Below are positions 1 to 12,024 of a DNA stretch of 64,000 nucleotides, piece after piece. A model generated the notes under the pieces. That model was not told where the DNA came from. It saw only the letters and a list, made by a program, of their open reading frames with translations, and ran no database searches. The stretch is from positions 62,001 through 126,000 of the forward strand of contig NIVC01002242.1 of NCBI GenBank assembly GCA_002269645.1. The letters are read 5' to 3'. Both the position numbers and the translations under genes were made by a program. This DNA comes from Macrostomum lignano. Taxonomy: Eukaryota. Within the stretch, counting starts at the first letter, position 1. Each line of letters opens with the position of its first letter.

Positions 1-204
1 GTTTCTTAGTCTATAAGTTAAGACTTTTCATCGGCAAAAGTCAATCAGCAAACCTCTTATTTCAGCCTGCGACACTCCGATCATCGCCTGGCAACGTAAA
101 ATTAAATTGTGACAAATTGTAGTGCGCCGATCGCGTTACACATTGAGCTGAACTTTGGCACTTATATTACTGTAAATATTAGTTTATTGGTGTTTTGTAG
201 CTTT

Positions 205-453
205 CTCCCAGACCCGTCAGGCTAAGCCGCTATCCTCCCAGACCCGTCAGGCTAAGCCGCTATCCTGTCACACCCGTCAGGCTAAGCCGCTATCCTTCCA
301 GACCCGTCAGGCTAAGCCGCTATCCTGTCACACCCGTCAGGCTAAGCCGCTATCCTGTCACACCCGTCAGGCTAAGCCGCTATCCTCCCAGACCCGTCAG
401 GCTAAGCCGCTATCCTGTAACACCCGTCAGGCTAAGCCGCTATCCTCCCAGAC
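205..453. repeat. 30-bp tandem repeat (~8 copies, CCCGTCAGGCTAAGCCGCTATCCTCCCAGA) just upstream of DBR1
   Basis: Directly visible near-identical tandem units with no spacers. Confidence 0.95.
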
Positions 454-542
454 TAGGCCGCTACCCTCTTATTGCCTCTCATAAAATTCAAGTTGATATT
501 CTCTTTAATTCCCGCCTCATTCAGACAACATAAATCAGTACA

Positions 543-3500
543 ATGAAAGTGGCAGTTGTTGGCTGTCTGCACGGCGAATTAGACCGCGTCTACGCCACAA
601 TTCGCGATCTTGAAGCGGAAGGCGGCTTCACAGTCGATCTGCTACTTTGCTGCGGCGACTTTCAAGCCGCTCGGAATGCAGCCGACTTGCGTTGTATGGC
701 CGTGCCACCGAAGCACCGCAGAATGTGCGACTTCTGGCAGTATTATAATGAGACTAAGAAGGCGCCAATACTTACTATTGTTGTCGGCGGCAATCACGAG
801 GCCTCGAATTATATGCAGGTGTGGCTTCGCTTCTATTTAGGGGAATTTTGGGCTTCTCTTTAACCGTCGCTTTATCGTGCTGAATATTTGTCTATCGATT
901 GCTGAGAATACTGAAGAGAGCTCAGCGGCTGGTTGAATAAACCGAGAGAATCTGGTGGCTAAGGGGGGGGGGGCTTCACAAGACCGAAATTTCACATCGT
1001 AGAAAACTCAAAATATGCAAGGTGTGTGACTGATTGAACGACCAGCTCATACTCGTAGAATCTAGCAACTGAGCTGATTCTGAATGTATCTGATCAGAAT
1101 GAATCCGAAACTGGTGTAAAAACCTAAAACTTTGCGTCGCCGAAAAGTCTTGTTAGTCACTTCCGGCAGCTCAAAGCCATACGATGTTATGAAAATATCA
1201 AGCTTGTACCCGCCTGGATAGCCGATCCGGTTGTCGTCCGGCCGTCGTCCGCATTGGTCCGCGTTTGGTGGTCGATTCCGGACAAATGCAGCTTTTCGTC
1301 CGGTATTCATCCGGTTTAAGCTGCCGGACAAAGTAGCGGGCCAGTTTCCGGATCAGAGCCGGACAAAGTGGTGATTTTTTTACTTATTTAAGTTTAAGTT
1401 TAAGTTTATTTATCCCATTGAACCCCTAGTAAGAAGGTTGTAGCCTAGTTGTTAGAGCGTCGGACTCGCGACTTGAAGGTCGGGGGTTGGATTCCCCACC
1501 CCACTGGAACAATTTGTGTCTTTGAGCAAGACACTTAACTGTGCATTGCTTCAGTTCACCCAGCTGTAAAATGAGTGCCAGCAATTGAGGGTGTGTGTGG
1601 CGACCCCACTCCAGTCCTTGGACTGAACAGCCCGTATAATAGCTGCGGCTGAACTGTCGGTTGCACACCTTCCCAATAGGCTAGGTGTATCAATTATTAT
1701 TTGGAATTCTAGTGGAAGCGCCATCTCTACAGTATCTCTATTGCTAATCACCATAGGAACTGCCCTACGGCGGCTGGCTGGCTCCCAATATTTGGTATCT
1801 GGGCTACGCCGGCGTAGTGAATTTTGGCGGCCTCCGCATCGGCGGCCTGTCCGGCATATTCAAACAGCACGACTACGCGCTGGGCCATTTCGAGCATCCG
1901 CCCTACGACGATAGCAGTTTGCGTAGCGTCTATCATTTGCGCAGCATCGACGTGTTTCGCCTGCGCCAACTGCAGGCTCCCATTGATGTCATGCTGAGTC
2001 ACGACTGGCCAAGGGGAGTCTACCGCTACGGCGACACGGATGGCCTTCTTCGCCAGAAGTCGTTCTTCCGAGATGAGGTCGAGAGCAATCAGCTGGGAAG
2101 TAGGCCTACGGAAGAGTTGCTAGTCCGGCTGAAGCCCAAGTATTGGTTCTCGGCGCATTTGCACTGCAAGTTTGCCGCTGTCATTCAGCATAGGGACGAC
2201 TTTCGATCCGTAACAAAGTGAGTTGTTGTTGACACACCTGACCCAATCATCTGAGATCTTTCTGTCACACCTGACCCAGCCGTCTGAGATTCTTCTGTCA
2301 CACCTGACCCAGCCATCTGAGATTCTTTTGACACACCTGACCCAATAATCTGAGATCTTTCTGACACACCTGACCCAATCATCTGAGATTCTTCTGACAC
2401 ACCTGACCCAATCATCTGAGATTCTTCTGACACACCTGACCCAATCATCTGAGATTCTTTTGACACACCTGACCCAATCATATGAGATTCTTCTGTCACA
2501 CCTGACCCAATCATCTGAGATTCTTCTGTCACACCTGACCCAGCCATCTGAGATTCTTTTGACACACCTGACCCAATAATCTGAGATCTTTCTGACACAC
2601 CTGACCCAATCATCTGAGATTCTTCTGTCACACCTGACCCAATCATCTGAGATTCTTTTGACACACCTGGCCCAATCATCTGAGATTCTTCTGACACACC
2701 TGACCCAATCATCTGAGATTCTTCTGACACACCTGACCCAATCATCTGAGATTCTTCTGACACACCTGACCCAATCATCTGAGATTCTTCTGTCACACCT
2801 GACTCAATCATCTGAGATTCTTCTGACACACTGAGTTCTTTCTGAGTTCTTTCTGACGCATTTAAACCAATATCTGCGTGTGACTCAACAGTTGATATCA
2901 TTCTGTGGTGTACCTGAAATGCATGATGCAAACTATTCCACTCATCCGGTGATATTTCCGTCATTCGACCTTGATATAACCCCACCCAACCCCCTCTTTC
3001 CCAGGTTCCTAGCCCTGGACAAAGTGCTGCCTGGTCGGGATTTTCTACAAATTCTCGACATTGACGCGCCGCCCGGCGACAAGGTGCTTAAACTAGACGC
3101 CGAGTGGCTGACGGTGCTGCGCTCGACTAACGAGCTGATGTCACTGACCCGAGCCCCCGTCATGCTGCCCACCAGGGCCACGCACGCCAAGCACGACTAC
3201 TCGGCTACACCGGAGGCTCTGCGCGCCACTCTTGAGCAGTTCGACGGCGACCTAACTGTGCCGGAGAATTTCGAACGAACCGCGCCGACGCATCGGGAAG
3301 GTCAGGCGGACAATTCGGCTAGCGGGCCATTAATACCGATTAATAATCCCCAGACTGAGCTGCTGTGCGCCATGTGCGACCTGCTGAATCCCAACGCCGG
3401 AGCCGGTGGCGGCGGCGGCGCTGCTGGCGACCTGCTGAATGCGCCTAGCGACGACGACGACAATGATGATGATGATAATGACGTCGATTCTGATGTTGAC

Positions 3501-4301
3501 AAAGCCCAGATGGCGGACGCTGCGACTGCCGAGACAGCTAATCAAGAAGAGATTGCTATCGGCGATTTATCGGACGATTCGTGCAGCAGCAGCAGCGACG
3601 AGGATGACGGGGTGGGCAACGATATCGAAGAATATTCACCGGTGAAGGTCAGCCAACAGCTGGCTGCCGCCGAAGCTGCCGCTGAAACTGCCACCAAAAC
3701 TGCTGGTGAAACTGCCGCTGAAACTGCTGGTGAAACTGCCGCTGAAACTGCCACCAAAACTGCTGGTGAAACTGCCGCTGAAACTGCCACCAAAACTGCT
3801 GGTGAAACTGCCGCTGAAACTGCCACCAAAACTGCTGGTGAAACTGCCGCTGAAACTGCCACCAAAACTGCCGCTGAAACTGCCACCAAAACTGCTGGTG
3901 AAACTGCCGCTGAAACTGCTGGTGAAACTGCCGCTGAAACTGCCACCAAAACTGCTGGTGAAACTGCCGCTGAAACTGCCACCAAAACTGCTGGTGAAAC
4001 TGCCGCTGAAACTGCCACCAAAACTGCTGGTGAAACTGCCGCTGAAACTGCCACCAAAACTGCCGCTGAAACTGCCACCAAAACTGCTGGTGAAACTGCC
4101 ACCAAAACTGCCACTGAAACTGCCGCTGAAACTGCCACCAAAACTGCTGGTGAAACTGCCGCTGAAACTACCAGCGAACCTGCCGCTGAAACTACCAGCG
4201 AACCTGCCGCTGAAACTGCCACCAAAACTGTAACTACATCCGTAGAAAATGTTAGCCAACAAGAAGGCGGAACGACCGTCGAAACTGCGGTAGACAATTG
4301 A
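543..4301 (+). CDS. DBR1: RNA lariat debranching enzyme; exons 543..818, 1757..2217, 3005..4301
   Basis: Motifs [26 protein letters not shown]|[29 protein letters not shown]|FLALDK. GT/AG sites join in frame (phase 0 and phase 2). Acidic tail is followed by a coding repeat; the C-terminal extent is less certain. Confidence 0.95.
1437..1676 (+). mobile_element. tRNA-derived SINE family A (CORE-like central domain), in DBR1 intron 1
   Basis: A-box-like TAGCCTAGTTG and B-box-like GGTTGGATTCC; second copy in opposite orientation at 24701..24922. Confidence 0.8.
2230..2835. repeat. 33-bp minisatellite in DBR1 intron 2
   Basis: Unit CACACCTGACCCAATCATCTGAGATTCTTCTGA, ~18 copies; explains spurious ORF 2185..2985. 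Confidence 0.95.
3665..4225 (+). repeat. 12-bp-based coding minisatellite ([12 protein letters not shown]) within DBR1 last exon
   Basis: Units GCTGAAACTGCC / ACCAAAACTGCT / GGTGAAACTGCC keep the DBR1 frame open to the stop at 4301. Confidence 0.9.
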
Positions 4302-4364
4302 TAAAATATTGATTGATTTTGTTCTTTAATTTTGTTTCTTAGATAATTTCTGCTGGACTCTCAG

Positions 4365-5095
4365 CTCTGTCTCACCTTACCTGTCCATCTCTGTCTCACC
4401 TTACCTGTCCATCTCTGTCTCACCTTACCTGTCCATCTCTGTCTCACCTTACCTGTCCATCTCTGTCTCACCTTACCTGTCCATCTGTCTAACCTTACAT
4501 ATCCATCTCTGTCTCACCTTACCTGTCAATCTCTGTCTCGCCTTATCTGTCCATCTCTGTCTCACCTTACCTGTCCATCTGTCTAACCTTACATATCCAT
4601 CTCTGTCTCACCTTACATATCCATCTCTGTCTAACCTTACATATCCATCTCTGTCTCACCTTACCTGTCCATCTCTATCTCGCCTTATCTGTCCATCTCT
4701 GTCTCACCTTACCTGTCCATCTGTCTAACCTTACATATCCATCTCTTTCTAACCTTACCTGTCCATCTCTGTCTCGCCTTATCTGTCCATCTCTGTCTCA
4801 CCTTACCTGTCCATCTCTGTCTCACCTTACCTGTCCATCTCTTTCTAACCTTACCTGTCCATCTCTGTCTCACCTTACCTGTCCATCTCTGTCTCACCTT
4901 ACCTGTCCATCTCTGTCTCACCTTACCTGTCCATCTCTGTCTCACCTTACCTGTCCATCTTTCTCACCTTACCTGTCCATCTGTCTCACCTTACCTGTCC
5001 ATCTCTGTCTCACCTTACCTGTCCATCTGTCTCACCTTACCTGTCCATCTGTCTCACCTTGCATATCCATCTCTTTCTAACCTTACCTGTCCAGC
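4365..5095. repeat. 24-bp minisatellite downstream of DBR1 (CTCTGTCTCACCTTACCTGTCCAT)
   Basis: ~30 units directly visible. Confidence 0.95.
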
Positions 5096-7401
5096 CCTAT
5101 CTCATCTGTCTATTAGCATTTTATGATAATGGCTCTTTGCTAAATGGTTAGCTTTGTGTTAGTGGTTCATTTATTTTGTTAACTACATCTTTTAAAAAAC
5201 AGCATTTCTTTTGTTTGTCGTGCTTGTCATTTGTCAAAAATTCAAATAGGTTAGTTGTTTGTTTATTCTGCTAAGATAGCAGTTCAAGAGTGCATGATTT
5301 TACGTTGTGTCTTCGCTGTTGTATTTACAATATTTAAGTTTTTTTATAAACTACTTGCAGTAGCTTATTTGCTCTGCTTGCTATTCTGTAAAAAAATTGC
5401 TAATTCGAATATTTTTAACCTATTCAAATAAATTAAATTGACGCCTTTGTGTTCACAAGCTCGCTTTCTATCTATCGATCATACTATTGTGTCGACTCTT
5501 AGCCGGCGAATTAGCTTATCATTAGCTTAATTCTTTAGATAATGTCACTTTGTGTTTTTTTGTTTAGTTGACTGGCCCTACGTACAACAGTGAGGTTATC
5601 TTATCTGCTGCTGATCCCAGACAAGGGTCGAAAAAGGCTCATTAGAAATGGAACGAAAATTCGCTGAATAAAAATACGTTTGCACTTTTGTAGGTTTCTG
5701 GAGATTTGGCAGTTCTTTACTACTAGTTTGGAGTCTGCAATTCCGAGTCTTCGAATTTCCTTGACTCTATACTTGACGACAGAGCTGCCTTAATTCCGCA
5801 TCTTCACGCGCCTCTCCGCAGACTCTTCTTCTTCTTCTGTTATCCCTTTCGGCCTCAAGAAGGCAATTAACAGGCCCTTTTACTGGCAGGCTAATTAAAA
5901 TAGCTCCCCTGGCATCGGCTTTGAATTGAAAGGTTCTGCAGCCTTCCGTGCGGAGTTGAAAGGCTTTTGGCACTCCTGATTTTGCTGCCCTCTAGGCTGT
6001 AATGAGTTACTGCTGTGATAGCTTGGTGAGGCTTTGAGTCAACAAGAGTGCAAGACAGGCTGACTGAGTGTCCATAGTCACATAGTTTCACCTGCTGAAG
6101 GTGTCGACACCGTCAGGACGATGACTGCTTGCTCGAGTGACTAGTTGAGGATGTCCAGCAATTGGGGTTTGCCCATTGTCGAGGCTTGATCAGAGCGACA
6201 GGGTTTCTATAGCCACCTGTTGAAGGTTCAGAAGCTTCTCCGTCTAGGTGAGTGCGACCACCACCGAAGTCAGAGGTGATGTTTGAAGCCTTGGCTTGGC
6301 CTCACCGAGGCGCACAAGGCAGGAGTGTGCTGAGTGTATTGAAAGGCTCACTAATGCTCAAGAAAGCCACTTCGTTCGACCTTCTGGCAGAATCGATGAA
6401 TACTGGATGGTCTGGAAATAAAGTTCTCTCGTGTTCTTAAATTTCGTGTGCCAATTATTGGCTTGGTATTCCTGGTGTTACTGTCCAATTAACAAGCAAT
6501 ATTGTGTGCCACCATGCACGTATTAAATGGTAGGTCCGGAATCACGGCTTGGCTATTCGGCTGCTTATCGCGCACTTGCGCCCCGGGATAGGATGGAGAC
6601 TACCGATATGTAGAGAAAATCAATTTCAATTAGTTTACATAATCGAGATCTTATCTCTTGCGAATGCATTGTATGGCCTGATCCATGACAACACAGAGCA
6701 TAAGAAATCTCAGATTTGCAATTGTCACTCAATTAATTGCATAATTATAACATTTTTTGTTTACTGTGACTGGCCTGGACCAATTTGCCCAAGCCACCAT
6801 TGCAGGTAGAGGCTTCACAAGTCCAACAATCACCTGCATAAGCGCTTGGCACAATCCTTTATAACCAAATTCTGCACCCACAATGTCCACTCGTGTTTAC
6901 ACAGGCTAGAGATTTCTGCCTTATAATGCGCAGACAGGCCCAGCAGTCACGAACGCTGACTTCTTATCGAGTCTTGTCACTGTCCGCCACTGATCTCTCT
7001 GCATCCAGGGTCCGAGCTGCATGCCCACTCTCTGCCCTGTCCAGGCCGCGCTTTCAATATAATGGACAACTGCCTAGCTAATGGCATTAGCGGACAGAGA
7101 GACAGGCCCAGCCCGCTTTTCCCAGGCTGTGTACAGTCTAATAAAAGCAAATTCGCAGGGTTGATCAAGTCCAAAGATATAAAAATTTGCTCGTTTGATT
7201 TTTATTACTCTCCAGCTGTATATTGGTTCATTTGTTAAAAGCACTTGAGTGGATGATAAGATCTTGCTGCTGCAGCTTAAGACATCTCTTTAGCTGTCAG
7301 TGAAATTCAGCCGCCTCAGTTAGTTGCTGGTTAAAAACCCAACAAGAGCGACAGCGAGTGTCCCCTCTGGCTGGGGCAGTCATAGCGATTTCGACCCAGT
7401 C

Positions 7402-10400
7402 ATGCCGAAGAAGTATAGCAGCAGTAGCGGCGGCGGCCTCGGCGGTAGCGCAGCTGGTGGCAGCGCATTTCTGGATTCGTCCGCGACGATGGCCTCCAGC
7501 TGCGGCGGCGGCGGCGACTTCGGCGCTCACAAGGCCGAGCGGCTGCACAACTACAGCCGTGAGTATCAGCTGTTCCACCGGTACAACGGCGCCGTCTTCG
7601 GCGGCTCGGAATCCTCCGAGGAGGTCATGGAGAAGCGCGGCTTTGCCATGTTCTCGCCGAGCGGCGGGGGCGGCGGCAGTCCGCCTTCATCGGCAGCGTC
7701 GACGTCCGGGTCAACTGCCACCGCAGTCGGTGGTACCGTCGGATCAACATCGGCTCTTGAGCGGCACGCCGGGTCGCCCAGGCAGCCAAAAACGGTGAGC
7801 TGTCGTTATTGGAATTCGACTGGTTAGCGATGGCCCATTTTACTGTGTCTAAGCTTTCCGGTGTGGTTTCATTGGATTTCCAGCTTTCCGATATGGTTTC
7901 GTTGGATTTCCAGCTTTCCGGTGTGGTTTCGTTGGATTTCCAGCTTTCCGGTGTGGTTTTGTTGGATTTCCAGCTTTCCGGTGTGGTTTCGTTGGATTTC
8001 CAGCTTTCCATTGTGGTTTTGTTGGATTTCCAGCTTTCCGGTGTGGTTTAGTTGGATTTCCAGCTTTCCGGTGTCGTGTGGTTTAGTTGAATTTCCAGCT
8101 TTCCGGTGTGGTTTCGTTGGATTTCCAGCTTTCCGGTGTGGTTTCGTTGGATTTCCAGCTTTCCGGTGTCGTGTGGTTTCGTTGAATTTCCAGCTTCCCG
8201 GTGTGGTTTCGTTGGATTTCCAGCTTTCCGGTGTGGTTTCGTTGGATTTCCAGCTTTCCGGTGTGGTTTCGTTGGATTTCCAGCTTTCCGGTGTGGTTTC
8301 GCTGGATTTCCAGCTTTCCGGTGTCGTGTGGTTTAGTTGAATTTCCAGCTTCCCGGTGTGGTTTCGTTGGATTTCCAGCTTTCCGTTGTGGTTTCGTTGG
8401 ATTTCCAGCTTCCCGGTGTGGTTTAGTTGGATTTCCAACTTCCACTCATACTGCATTGTTTGCTTTTGTTTGACTTAGTTTTCATTATTCCTAAAAAGGG
8501 GGCATCGCAGTGCTTGCGCTTCCGCAGGACAAAAGTGCGAAATGGTTTCCAGGAAATAAGCTGTTTCGATAACTTGTTTAGCTCTGCTTTTTGCAACATT
8601 AGCTTAGGCGCATTGCGTACTTGATCATCATGCGAAAACCGAGTTTGTACCGAGAAACTTACATCAAGTTTTTCCGTTCGGATTCCATTGCCAAGGACGC
8701 GCACTGTCCTGTGCCATGCCAGCTCTCTGTGCGCGAGGCTTTCCCGTGCTGTTTTCGATACAAAAATAGCAACCGGGGCTTCGCGCGCAGCTGCAGTATA
8801 AATTTATGGTACCCTGCTTCATCCATGCTTAAGCTCTGGACCCGAAACTCGCAATGCAGCTGGACGCGACCCCATCATTCCACCTCGTCTTCCCCATCCA
8901 TCAGGTGATGGTGCAGCCGCCGCGCCGAGTGAAGCTGGAGGCCATCAAGAAGGCCGCCTTCAAAGAGAAAAGCCCCGACGTCTCCAAGGATATCGGCCGG
9001 TGCAAGACCAACTCGGAGACGCGCCTGGACCTGTCCGGCCAGCGGCTGCTCGCCCTGCCTTCGACTGTGCGCGACTTGAACTTCGTCACCGAGCTCTATC
9101 TCTATGGCAACAAGCTCAGCCAGCTGCCTGACGAGATCGGCGCCATGGTGAGCCTGGAGAAGCTGATGCTGCAGCAGAACCACCTGTCCTGCCTGCCAAT
9201 GTCCATGCAGTACCTCACCAAGCTGCGAGTGCTGGACCTGCGCCACAACAAGCTGGAAGGCCGCCTGCCGCCAGTGATCTACAAGCTGTACGGCCTCACC
9301 CAGCTGCTGCTCACCTACAATAAAATCAGCGAGATCGACCCGGAGATTGGCAGCCTCATCAGCCTCATGGTGCTGGTTGTCAATAGCAACAACATTAACG
9401 GGGCCATACCGTCCAGCATCGGCACCCTGCGCCAGCTTGTGAAACTCGACCTGTCGCATAACAAAATCAGATCGGTGCCGGAGGAGCTGGGCCGCTGCCT
9501 GCTACTCTCTGACTGCAACCTGCAGCACAACTGCCTCACCAGCCTGCCGGACCACATGGGCGACTTGCGCAACCTCACCCGCCTGTGCCTGAAGTACAAC
9601 AGCCTCACCCAGCTGCCTCGCACTCTGGCCAACTGTCAGAAACTGCAGGAGCTCAACATCGAGAACAACAGCGTGCAGGCGATGCCAGACGGCCTGCTGG
9701 CCTCGATGCGCGGCCTCAGCACCATCGTGCTGTCGCGCAATCGCTTCCGCCGATTCCCAACTGGAAGCAGCGCGCAGTTCACGCAGACGCAGAGCCTGGC
9801 GCTCGATCACAACCAGATTGCGGAGATCCCGCCCGGGGCCTTCGCTGCTGCCCGCCAGCTGGCCAAACTGAGCCTCAGCTCCAACGAGCTGACCCAGCTG
9901 TCGGCCGAGACTGCCGCCAGCCTGCGCAATCTGGTGGAGCTCGACCTCAGCGGCAACGGGCTCGAATCCCTGCCGGAGGAGCTCGGCCACCTGAGGAAGC
10001 TGCGCAGCCTGTTGCTAAGCGACAATCAGCTGACTGGCCTGCCGGACAGCATCGGGAACTGCGCCTCGCTGCGCTCTCTGCTGCTGGACTACAACCAGCT
10101 CACCGACCTGCCGCTCGACATCAGCCAGCTGGGCGAGCTGCGGGAGCTCAGCCTCACTGGTAACCGCATGGCAACCGTTCCGCTCGGAGTCACCCTGCTG
10201 TCCCAGCTGACCCTGCTCAGGCTAAACGAGAACAAGCTCACCGAGGTGCCGCGCGAGATTAGCCGAATGACCTCGCTGCAAGAGCTTTACCTGAACGACA
10301 ACCACGAGTTGGACAATCTGCCGTCGGCTCTGTCGCAGTGCGCCCGGCTGGAAATCCTCAACATCGACCAGTGCCGGATGAGCCACGTGCCAGCTGAGAT

Positions 10401-10485
10401 TGTGAGCTGCGGCTCCAACGTGATCATGCGGTTCCTCAAGCAGGTGTTTGTCTACGAGAAGAACTGTCTGGTGCATGAGATTTGA
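7402..10485 (+). CDS. SHOC2: Leucine-rich repeat protein SHOC2/SUR-8; exons 7402..7794, 8905..10485 (~657 aa)
   Basis: RLDLS..LP..V..L..VTELYLYGNKL, LRVLDLRHNKL, LQELYLNDNHELDNLP.L..C..L.ILNI.C and the C-terminal I.RFLK match the SHOC2 LRR array. ACG|GTGAGC donor and CATCAG|GTG acceptor are in phase 0. Exon 1 (Ser/Gly-rich) is less certain. Confidence 0.88.
7855..8440. repeat. 30-bp minisatellite in SHOC2 intron
   Basis: Unit GTGTGGTTTCGTTGGATTTCCAGCTTTCCG; source of several spurious ORFs. Confidence 0.95.
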
Positions 10486-10599
10486 GTAGACTGAGTTTTT
10501 TGGTTGACTGTGTTTTTGTTTTTGCAACACGTGATTTTTAAAATCAGTTGACCTTTAAAATTTGAGTGATTTCGACTTATAGCTGCTTTCTGTTCAGTA

Positions 10600-11135
10600 C
10601 CAGGCTTCAAGATTCCAAGGTTTCAGAGCACCTGGGTTCCAGAATTTCATGGCTCCAAGGTTTCAGAGCACCTGGGTTCCAGAATTTCATGGCTCCAAGG
10701 TTTCAGGGTACCTGGGTTCCAGAATTTCATGGCTCCAAGGTTTCAGAGTACCTGGGTTCCAGAATTTCATGGCTCCAAGGTTTCAGATTTCCAAAGTTCC
10801 ATGGTTCCGGAGTTCCATGGTTCCAGAGTTCCAGAGTTCCATGGTTCCAGAGTTCCATGGTTCCGGAGTTCCATGCTTCCGGGGTTCCATGCTTCCGGGG
10901 TTCCATGCTTCCGGGGTTCCATGCTTCCGGGGTTCCATGCTTCCGGGGTTCCATGCTTCCGGGGTTCCATGCTTCCGGGGTTCCATGGTCCCGGGGTTCC
11001 ATGCTTCCGGGGTTCCATGCTTCCGGGGTTCCATGCTTCCGGGGTTCCATGGTCCCGGAGTTGCATGGTTCCGGAGTTCCATGGTTCCGGAGTTCCATGG
11101 TTCCGGAGTTCCATGGTTCCAGAGTTCCAAGGTTC
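10600..11135. repeat. Compound minisatellite 3' of SHOC2 (40-bp unit grading into 16-bp CCATGCTTCCGGGGTT)
   Basis: Directly visible. Confidence 0.92.
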
Positions 11136-12024
11136 CAGAAACCCACAGACTTTCTTGGCATTTCATTTCCTAGAAATAAACCAGCAACAACCGGCCTTCA
11201 AAATTTCTACTAATCAAGCATGCATTGTTTCGCTTCCGTTTGGGTTGGAACTTTGCCAAAAAACTTTCCAAACAATTTCGGAATGTTTGAAATGTTCAGT
11301 GACAAATGAGTCTTTTCAATTTATAGGCCCCTAGAATCATGTTTTGACGTATGTCATATGTAATCAAAACGTATGTCATTCTTAAGTCTTCATGTTTGAC
11401 TGCAACAATCATTTTTTATTTAGCAAATTCCATTCCTTAATTCTAAAACATTTTGCAGCCAGCTTTCAGTAGTTTTTGTGCAATATTAATGCGCCTAACA
11501 ATATTTATTGCTCATACAGAAGTGCTCAGTTCGTTCACAATCGTTTTTTTATTGTATTTTAAATTCGTTTCAATTGTAAAGACGCGCAGCTTTTAAAAGG
11601 TTGCAAATTTCAGTCACGTGACAACAATATCAATAAACGGGCAAATCCCGTGACCACTAATATAAAGTCTGACAACATGAGGAAATTGACAACTTATCTA
11701 TGCCAGTTTTGTTCAAAATCATCAGCTAGCTCTATAAACTTAGGCCTACCTATAAATAAACTTCCTGCTAACCCCATATTTTCATCTTATCAATGACCTC
11801 ACTTGACCTCCCCTCGAGACCTTCCTTAACATACTTCCCACATAAACTCTATCACTATGACCTCTCTCAATCATGACCTTTATTGTGACTTTCGATATGA
11901 CTTCTCAAATACCTTTCTATGACCCCCTATAAGATCTCTCTAACGAACCATTACCCACCATTACCTACCTAATTACCCTCATGACTTCTCATGATTTCCC
12001 AATGACCTCCCTAATGATCTCCTT

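Noticed and set aside
8875-10530. Antisense/alternate-frame ORFs over SHOC2 (similarly over CDK20, CYP26, LRRCC1 and the 7TM gene)
   Set aside because: Shadows of GC-rich codon usage with no recognisable domains.
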